From assembly GCF_013122565.1 (NCBI RefSeq), contig NZ_CP053258.1: a DNA stretch of 64,000 nt; one strand, 5' to 3'. Positions 1-6,800 of this stretch are shown piece after piece. Made by a program: the position numbers and the translations under genes. Numbering within the stretch: position 1 is the stretch's first letter; every line of letters begins with the position of its first letter. The notes under the pieces are model-generated. The model was not told the origin of the DNA and did no database searches. It saw only the letters and a list, made by a program, of their open reading frames with translations. The DNA comes from Escherichia coli. Lineage in GTDB: Bacteria > Pseudomonadota > Gammaproteobacteria > Enterobacterales > Enterobacteriaceae.

Positions 1-39
1 GCGCACGATTGCTAATCTGTTAACGGCGTAAACTAATAT

Positions 40-140
<101 letters not shown>

Positions 141-164
141 TTCGCCCCGAACGTTGAATGAATT

Positions 165-950
165 GTGGTTCTTATGTCCGAAACAAAAAACGAACTTGAA
201 GACCTGCTGGAAAAAGCAGCAACCGAACCGGCTCACCGCCCGGCCTTTTTCCGTACTCTACTGGAATCCACCGTCTGGGTGCCGGGTACGGCGGCGCAGG
301 GCGAGGCAGTAGTTGAAGATAGCGCGCTTGATTTACAGCACTGGGAAAAAGAAGATGGCACCAGCGTCATTCCTTTTTTTACCTCGTTAGAAGCACTTCA
401 ACAGGCGGTTGAAGACGAACAGGCATTTGTCGTAATGCCCGTTCGCACATTGTTTGAGATGACCCTTGGTGAAACGCTCTTCCTTAATGCCAAACTGCCA
501 ACCGGTAAAGAGTTTATGCCGCGTGAAATCAGTTTGTTGATTGGTGAAGAAGGGAGTCCGCTGAGTAGTCAGGAAGTACTGGAAGGCGGTGAATCGCTGA
601 TATTATCGGAAGTCGCAGAGCCGCCAGCACAAATGATTGATTCACTCACCACCTTATTTAAAACCATTAAGCCAGTGAAGCGTGCTTTTATTTGTTCAAT
701 TAAAGAGAACGAAGAGGCACAGCCTAATTTACTTATTGGCATTGAAGCCGATGGTGATATCGAAGAAATTATTCAGGCGGCGGGAAGTGTAGCGACCGAT
801 ACATTACCTGGCGATGAACCAATCGATATTTGTCAGGTGAAAAAAGGGGAAAAAGGAATTAGCCACTTTATTACCGAACATATTGCGCCATTCTATGAAC
901 GTCGCTGGGGTGGTTTTTTGCGTGACTTTAAACAGAATCGGATAATCTAA
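165..950 (+). CDS. sseB: SseB (enhanced serine sensitivity protein)
   Basis: ORF track 261 aa; track start is GTG at 165, an in-frame ATG at 174 (MSETKNE..., 258 aa) is the more likely start; position next to sseA as in E. coli. Confidence 0.9.
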   Translation: MVLMSETKNELEDLLEKAATEPAHRPAFFRTLLESTVWVPGTAAQGEAVVEDSALDLQHWEKEDGTSVIPFFTSLEALQQAVEDEQAFVVMPVRTLFEMTLGETLFLNAKLPTGKEFMPREISLLIGEEGSPLSSQEVLEGGESLILSEVAEPPAQMIDSLTTLFKTIKPVKRAFICSIKENEEAQPNLLIGIEADGDIEEIIQAAGSVATDTLPGDEPIDICQVKKGEKGISHFITEHIAPFYERRWGGFLRDFKQNRII

Positions 951-990
951 AATATGCCGCCCTAAAGGGCGGCATTCTGGCTTACCTGCT
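951..990. terminator. Hairpin directly after sseB stop; T-run is on the - strand side, so likely terminator of ryfA copy 1 and weak terminator for sseB
   Basis: aaaatatgccgccctaaagggcggcat: GC stem with flanking A-run on + and T-run on -; repeated at about 1627-1660 and 2309-2340. Confidence 0.5.
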
Positions 991-1252
991 GTTCTGAAGG
1001 TTGTTAACCACCAGTAAATTGTCGCCGGAGAGACTCCGGTTATTATTTACCTCGGTTAACAGCGCACCAGAAACAATAAGTACGATACAGAAGCACCGTA
1101 TCTTCATTGTGCGGTCCATGCGAAGACCGCATCACGACAGCACCACTGGCGATATTGCCGCGATAGCAAGCGCTGAGACGCGCTTGCTCTAAAGGTCGCG
1201 GAACATCCTTTCCTTAAGCCAGCGCCCGCTTGCGAGACGGCGGAAAGGGCCG
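955..1252 (-). ncRNA. ryfA: ryfA-like transcript copy 1 (mRNA-like RNA carrying a small ORF)
   Basis: Conserved TATTAT -10 candidate on - strand at about 1259-1264; hairpin terminator at about 951-990; ~300 nt, matching the recalled ~304-nt ryfA between sseA and sseB in K-12. Confidence 0.5.
982..1119 (-). CDS. Small hydrophobic protein, 45 aa (MDRTMKIRCFCIVLIVSGALLTEVNNNRSLSGDNLLVVNNLQNSR); candidate TimP-like type I toxin
   Basis: Hand translation of - strand; hydrophobic N-terminal segment; ORF conserved in all three units with synonymous changes; too short for the ORF track. Confidence 0.45.
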   Translation of the reverse strand: MDRTMKIRCFCIVLIVSGALLTEVNNNRSLSGDNLLVVNNLQNSR

Positions 1253-1295
1253 CAGTGGATAATACACTAACAGAACAATAATAACTCTCTTTTGC

Positions 1296-1324
1296 TTGAC
1301 AAAAAGAGAGTTACTGGCGAGTAT
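1296..1324 (+). promoter_or_regulatory. Candidate sigma70 promoter for + strand small RNA, copy 1 (TTGACA-17-GAGTAT)
   Basis: Perfect -35 TTGACA, 17-nt spacer, GAGTAT; same architecture in all three units although the spacer sequence differs in unit 3. Confidence 0.4.
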
Positions 1325-1330
1325 TGTCTC

Positions 1331-1428
1331 CGCTGAGACGCGCTTGCATTACTACGGTAATACAACCTGCTGGAAAGGCCGCGAACCAAACCGGCAACAA
1401 ATAGCCGCCTGATTTTGGCGGTTTTTTG
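1331..1428 (+). ncRNA. Candidate ~100-nt antisense-type sRNA, copy 1 (TimR/RyfB-like antitoxin RNA)
   Basis: Predicted start just after the promoter; 5' 17 nt cgctgagacgcgcttgc identical to 1171-1187 in the ryfA leader; ends at hairpin plus T-run at about 1405-1428. Confidence 0.4.
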
Positions 1429-1430
1429 TT
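1405..1430 (+). terminator. Intrinsic terminator of candidate sRNA copy 1
   Basis: ccgcctgattttggcgg hairpin followed by TTTTTTG. Confidence 0.55.
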
Positions 1431-1550
1431 GTTTAAAGAAAGTGAAATTACACGTTTAAGTAATATCTTTTATTGGTTAGTATTTTTAATATTAAGCGAA
1501 AATTGTTTATATTTGTCTGAATTCGGACTAATAAGTCAGGTTATTTTAAT

Positions 1551-1628
1551 ATCGAACATATTGCGCCATTCTATGAATGTCGCTGGGGTGGGCTTTTGCG
1601 TGACTTTAAACAGAATCGGATAATCTAA
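1551..1628 (+). pseudogene. Duplicated 3'-terminal fragment of sseB (last ~23 codons plus stop)
   Basis: Near-identical to 873-950, encodes ...HIAPFYECRWGGLLRDFKQNRII*; no start or upstream coding sequence. Confidence 0.6.
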
Positions 1629-1629
1629 A

Positions 1630-1930
1630 ATATGCCGCCCCAAAGGGCGGCATTCGGGCTTACTTGCTGCTCTGACGGTTGTTAACCACCAGTAAATTGT
1701 CGCCGGAGAGACTCCGGTTATTATTTACCTCGGTTAACAGCGCACCAGAAACAATAAGTACGATACAGAAGCACCGTATCTTCATTGTGCGGTCCATGCG
1801 AAGACCGCATCACGACAGCACCACTGGCGATATTGCCGCGATAGCAAGCGCTGTGAAACACCTGCATTTACGGCCACGGAACATCCTTTCCTAAAGCCAG
1901 CGCCCGTTTGCGAGACGGCGGAAAGGGCCG
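1630..1930 (-). ncRNA. ryfA: ryfA-like transcript copy 2
   Basis: Same architecture as copy 1; TATTAT on - strand at about 1937-1942, hairpin terminator at about 1627-1660. Confidence 0.45.
1660..1797 (-). CDS. Small hydrophobic protein, 45 aa, copy 2 (C-terminus ...VVNNRQSSK)
   Basis: Same frame and start as copy 1; differences confined to the last residues. Confidence 0.45.
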   Translation of the reverse strand: MDRTMKIRCFCIVLIVSGALLTEVNNNRSLSGDNLLVVNNRQSSK

Positions 1931-1973
1931 GTGTCGATAATACGCTAAATAAACAATAATTACTCTCTTTTGC

Positions 1974-2002
1974 TTGACAAAAAGAGAGTTGCTGGCGAAT
2001 AT
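1974..2002 (+). promoter_or_regulatory. Candidate promoter for + strand sRNA, copy 2 (TTGACA-17-GAATAT)
   Basis: Same spacing as copy 1. Confidence 0.4.
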
Positions 2003-2008
2003 TGCTCT

Positions 2009-2110
2009 GCTGTGAAGCACCTGCGTTGCTCATGCAACACAAGTCAATCTGCTGGAGAGGCCGCGAACCAAACCGGCAACAAATAACCGCCTGATCTTGG
2101 CGGTTTTTTG
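2009..2110 (+). ncRNA. Candidate antisense-type sRNA, copy 2
   Basis: 5' region gctgtgaagcacctgcgtt matches 1849-1868 with two A-to-G differences that would give G-U pairs; hairpin plus T-run terminator at about 2085-2110. Confidence 0.4.
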
Positions 2111-2230
2111 TTGCTTAAAGAAAGTGAATTTACATGTTTAAGTAATATCTTTTACCGGTTAGTATTTTTAATATTGAGCGGGATTTGTTTATATTTGTCT
2201 GAATTCGGACTAATAAGCCAGGTCATTTTA

Positions 2231-2310
2231 ATATCGAACATATTGCGCCATTCTATGAACGTCGCTGGGGTGGTTTTTTGCGTGACTTTAAACAGAATCG
2301 GATAATCTAA
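2231..2310 (+). pseudogene. Second duplicated 3'-terminal fragment of sseB
   Basis: Identical in sequence class to 873-950 and 1551-1628. Confidence 0.6.
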
Positions 2311-2311
2311 A

Positions 2312-2612
2312 ATATGCCGCCCCAAAGGGCGGCATTCGGGCTTACCTGCTGTTCTGAAGGTTGTTAACCACCAATAAATTGTTGCCGGAGAGACTCCGGT
2401 TATTATTTACCTCAGTTAACAGCGCACCAGAAACAATAAGTACGATACAGAAGCACCGTATCTTCATTGTGCGGTCCATGCGAAGACCGCATCACGACAG
2501 CACCACTGGCGATATTGCCGCGATAGCAAGCACTGTGGGGTGCCTGTATTTACGGTCATGGAACATCCTTTCCTAAAGCCAGTGCCCGTTTGCGAGACGG
2601 CGAAAAGGGCCG
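2312..2612 (-). ncRNA. ryfA: ryfA-like transcript copy 3
   Basis: TATTAT on - strand at about 2619-2624; hairpin terminator at about 2309-2340. Confidence 0.45.
2342..2479 (-). CDS. Small hydrophobic protein, 45 aa, copy 3 (D33N plus two synonymous changes relative to copy 1)
   Basis: ACC to ACT and CTG to TTG silent substitutions preserve the reading frame. Confidence 0.45.
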   Translation of the reverse strand: MDRTMKIRCFCIVLIVSGALLTEVNNNRSLSGNNLLVVNNLQNSR

Positions 2613-2658
2613 TTAAGAATAATACTCTCATGTTTGAATAATTACTCTGTTTATTATC

Positions 2659-2687
2659 TTGACATGGCCAGGCATAAAAGAGAGTAT
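2659..2687 (+). promoter_or_regulatory. Candidate promoter for + strand sRNA, copy 3 (TTGACA-17-GAGTAT)
   Basis: Hexamers and 17-nt spacing kept although spacer and upstream palindrome have diverged. Confidence 0.4.
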
Positions 2688-2692
2688 TTCAA

Positions 2693-2795
2693 CACTGTGG
2701 GGTGCCTGCGTTGCTCCGGCAACACAAGCCAACCTGCTGGAAAGGCCGCGAACCAGACCAGCAATAAAAAACCGCCAAATTCGGCGGTTTTTTAT
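2693..2795 (+). ncRNA. Candidate antisense-type sRNA, copy 3
   Basis: 5' cactgtggggtgcctg identical to 2531-2546 in the ryfA-3 leader; ends at terminator 2768-2797. Confidence 0.4.
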
Positions 2796-2800
2796 TGCCT
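2766..2800. terminator. Bidirectional intrinsic terminator between sRNA copy 3 (+) and sseA (-)
   Basis: caataaaaaaccgccaaattcggcggttttttattg: GC stem flanked by A-run and T-run. Confidence 0.6.
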
Positions 2801-2809
2801 GTAAAAAGC

Positions 2810-3655
2810 TTATTTCACTGGCTCAACCGGTAAATCTGCCCGCGCGCCCCATTCACTCCATGCGCCGTCGTACAGTTTCACGTTTGGCACATCCAGCGTC
2901 GCGAGTGCCAACAAAACCACGGCTGCTGTTACACCAGAGCCGCAGCTGACGATAATCGGTTTGTCATAGCTGACGCCGCGACCAAAAAATATCGCATCCA
3001 GTTCATCGGTCGTTTTTAGTTCGCCTTCGCGCACCAGTTCCGTCCACGGAACGTTCAATGCACCGGGAATATGTCCGCGACGTAAACCTGGGCGAGGTTC
3101 ATCAACTTCTGCGTTAAAACGTGCAGCCGGGCGGGCATCAACAATTTGCGCCGTATTTTCATGGCTTGCCAATAATACATCGGTTACTTTCACCACGGCT
3201 TCAGGATTAAACGCGGCGTTAAACTCTCCTTCCGGCAGCTCTACTGCACCTTCTTCTAACAACAGATCATCGCGCTGCCAGCCTGCAAGTCCACCCCCCA
3301 GAATCGACACTTTCTCTACACCAAAGGTGCGCAGCATCCACCATGCTCGTGGGGCTGAGAAAAGATTACCTTCGTCATAGACAATCAGGTGCTTATCCTG
3401 GTTAACGCCTAATTCACGCATTGCCACGGCGAACGTTTCCGGGCGCGGCAGCATGTGCGGAAGCGGGGAAGTGTGATCAGAAAGCGCTTCGATATCAAAA
3501 AACACTGCGCCGGGAATATGTCCATTCAGATACTCCTGAGCAACGTTACGATCTTCCTGTCCAGGCGACGCCATGCGGGCATCGATAATCTGAATTTCCG
3601 GGTCATCAATATGTTCGGCGAGCCAGTCGGCTCCTACAAACCATGTCGTGGACAT
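2810..3655 (-). CDS. sseA: 3-mercaptopyruvate sulfurtransferase (rhodanese family)
   Basis: 281 aa from ATG at 3655 (MSTTWFVGADWLAEH...); track ORF extends further upstream; active-site CGSGVTA. Confidence 0.93.
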   Translation of the reverse strand: MSTTWFVGADWLAEHIDDPEIQIIDARMASPGQEDRNVAQEYLNGHIPGAVFFDIEALSDHTSPLPHMLPRPETFAVAMRELGVNQDKHLIVYDEGNLFSAPRAWWMLRTFGVEKVSILGGGLAGWQRDDLLLEEGAVELPEGEFNAAFNPEAVVKVTDVLLASHENTAQIVDARPAARFNAEVDEPRPGLRRGHIPGALNVPWTELVREGELKTTDELDAIFFGRGVSYDKPIIVSCGSGVTAAVVLLALATLDVPNVKLYDGAWSEWGARADLPVEPVK

Positions 3656-3861
3656 AGGCATCTCCATTTTTGCCGGGGTTAGGCTAAATTGTCGGATGTT
3701 TAGTGAAAAGCGACAAGCAAAAGAGGCTGATTTGGCTGTCTGAGCCACAATTCTCACTAAAATTCGGATTGTATGGGCGTGATACTGAATTACATAACGT
3801 AAATTCTCACGCATAATAATTATTCGACGTTGCTAACGGGCCATTGTGGCAGGGATGAAAA

Positions 3862-6800
3862 ATGAAAAAGTTACGCTTAGCCGCCTGCATGCTAATGCTG
3901 GCGCTGGCAGGGTGCGACAACAACGATAACGCGCCAACAGCGGTGAAAAAAGATGCGCCTTCTGAAGTTACTAAAGCGGCCTCTTCAGAAAACGCGAGTT
4001 CAGCAAAACTCTCCGCGCCAGAGCGACAAAAACTGGCACAACAGAGTGCCGGTAAGGCGCTGACATTGCTGGATCTCGCTGAAGTCCAACTTGATGGTGC
4101 AGCCACGCTGGTGCTGACGTTCTCCATCCCTCTCGACCCGGATCAGGATTTCTCACGCGTTATTCATGTCGTCGATAAAAAAAGCGGCAAAGTGGATGGT
4201 GCCTGGGAGCTGTCAGATAATCTTAAAGAGCTGCGTTTACGCCACCTCGAACCGAAACGTGATTTGATCGTTACTATTGGCAAGGAGGTCAAAGCACTCA
4301 ACAACGCAACCTTCAGTAAAGATTACGAAAAAACTATAACTACCCGCGACATCCAACCCAGCGTCGGTTTTGCCAGCCGTGGTTCGCTGCTGCCTGGTAA
4401 AGTCGTTGAAGGGCTGCCGGTAATGGCGCTCAACGTTAATAATGTCGATGTTAACTTCTTCCGCGTTAAGCCAGAATCTCTGCCAGCATTCATTAGCCAA
4501 TGGGAATACCGCAATTCGCTGGCGAACTGGCAGTCAGACAAACTGCTGCAGATGGCGGATCTGGTCTACACCGGACGGTTTGATCTCAATCCTGCGCGTA
4601 ACACCCGTGAAAAATTATTGCTGCCGCTGGGCGATATCAAACCGCTTCAGCAGGCGGGCGTGTATCTGGCTGTGATGAATCAGGCTGGACGTTACGATTA
4701 CAGTAATCCCGCGACGCTGTTTACGTTAAGTGATATCGGCGTTTCAGCTCACCGTTATCACAATCGTCTGGATATCTTTACCCAAAGTCTGGAAAACGGC
4801 GCGGCCCAGCAAGGAATTGAAGTCTCTTTATTAAATGAGAAAGGGCAGACTCTGACTCAGGCAACAAGTGACGCTCAGGGGCATGTGCAGCTGGAAAATG
4901 ATAAAAATGCGGCATTACTGCTGGCACGTAAAGACGGTCAGACAACGCTACTCGATTTAAAACTTCCGGCGCTGGACTTAGCAGAATTTAACATTGCTGG
5001 CGCGCCAGGCTATAGCAAACAGTTTTTCATGTTTGGCCCGCGCGATCTTTATCGCCCAGGTGAAACGGTCATCCTCAATGGTTTGCTGCGTGATGCAGAC
5101 GGTAAAGCGTTGCCCGATCAACCCATCAAGTTAGACGTGATTAAACCCGACGGGCAGGTACTCAGGAGCGTCGTTAGTCAGCCGGAGAATGGCCTCTACC
5201 ACTTAACCTGGCCACTCGATAGCAATGCGGCAACCGGTATGTGGCATATTCGCGCTAACACGGGCGATAACCAGTATCGGATGTGGGATTTCCACGTCGA
5301 AGATTTTATGCCAGAGCGCATGGCGCTGAATCTGACCGGTGAGAAAACCCCGCTTATGCCGAAAGATGAAGTGAAATTCTCCGTGGTGGGGTACTACCTG
5401 TACGGTGCACCTGCTAATGGTAATACTTTGCAAGGGCAACTTTTCCTGCGCCCACTGCGTGACGCTGTGTCAGCCTTACCTGGTTTTGAATTCGGCGATA
5501 TAGCTGCCGAAAACCTTTCCCGCACGCTGGATGAAGTTCAGTTGACGCTGGATGATAAAGGGCGCGGCGAAGTTTCTACAGAAAGCCAGTGGAAGGAAAC
5601 GCATTCCCCATTACAGGTTATTTTCCAGGGTAGTTTGCTGGAATCGGGCGGTCGCCCGGTGACGCGCCGCGCTGAGCAGGCTATCTGGCCTGCCGATGCA
5701 TTGCCGGGGATCCGTCCGCAGTTCGCCTCGAAATCGGTTTACGATTATCGCACTGACAGCACGGTGAAACAGCTCATTGTTGATGAAGGCAGTAACGCCG
5801 CTTTTGACATCGTTTATAGCGATGCGCAAGGCGTGAAAAAAGCTGTGTCGGGCTTGCAAGTGCGCCTGATTCGCGAACGCCGTGATTACTACTGGAACTG
5901 GTCAGAAGATGAAGGCTGGCAGTCACAGTTTGATCAAAAAGATCTGATCGAAAATGAACAAACTCTGGATCTTCAGGCGGATGAAACCGGTAAGGTCAGT
6001 TTCCCGGTAGAGTGGGGCGCTTATCGTCTGGAAGTCAAAGCGCCGAATGAAGCGGTCAGTAGCGTGCGTTTCTGGGCTGGCTATAGCTGGCAGGACAACA
6101 GCGACGGGAGCGGTACCGTGCGACCCGACCGTGTCACGCTGAAACTGGATAAAGCCAGTTATCGCCCTGGCGATACCATCAAGTTGCATATTGCCGCGCC
6201 AACGGCGGGTAAAGGTTATGCGATGGTCGAGTCCAGTGAAGGGCCGCTGTGGTGGCAAGAGATTGATGTTCCGGCTCAAGGGCTAGATCTGACGATTCCG
6301 GTCGATAAAACCTGGCATCGTCATGATCTGTATTTAAGTACACTGGTGGTACGTCCTGGCGATAAATCTCGCTCCGCGACGCCAAAACGCGCGGTTGGGG
6401 TGTTGCATCTTCCGCTTGGTGATGAAAACCGTCGCCTCGATCTGGCGCTGGAAACACCAGCAAAAATGCGTCCCAATCAGCCATTAACCGTGAAAATTAA
6501 AGCCAGCAATAAAAATGGTGAGATGCCAAAACAGGTGAATGTGCTGGTGTCTGCCGTTGATAGCGGTGTGCTGAATATTACTGACTACGTTACCCCCGAT
6601 CCGTGGCAGGCGTTCTTTGGTCAGAAACGCTATGGTGCAGACATTTACGATATTTACGGTCAGGTCATTGAAGGTCAGGGGCGTCTGGCAGCTCTGCGTT
6701 TTGGTGGCGATGGTGATGAGCTGAAACGTGGTGGTAAACCGCCGGTCAATCACGTCAATATTGTCGCGCAGCAGGCGCTGCCGGTAACGCTCAATGAACA

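Larger units (their letters stand above)
883..2805. repeat. Tandem array of three ~670-680 bp ryfA-like modules (unit starts about 883, 1551, 2231; third unit shorter)
   Basis: Near-identical blocks; each begins with a copy of the last ~70 bp of sseB, then a hairpin, a ryfA-like region, a divergent promoter region and a terminator. Confidence 0.9.

Noticed and set aside
1782-2042. 86-aa - strand ORF spanning the unit 2 promoter region
   Set aside because: Crosses the divergent promoter and palindrome, is not conserved in units 1 or 3, and has Cys/Gln-rich low-complexity composition.
1001-2576. Track ORFs on the + strand inside the repeats (1001-1192, 1679-1894, 2361-2576, all MLTT.KL.PERLRLLF...; also 1426-1623 and 2108-2305)
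   Set aside because: They start at TTG, have no SD, their C-termini diverge exactly where the variable seed segment lies, and the opposite strand carries a better-conserved hydrophobic ORF with synonymous variation; treated as antisense shadows.
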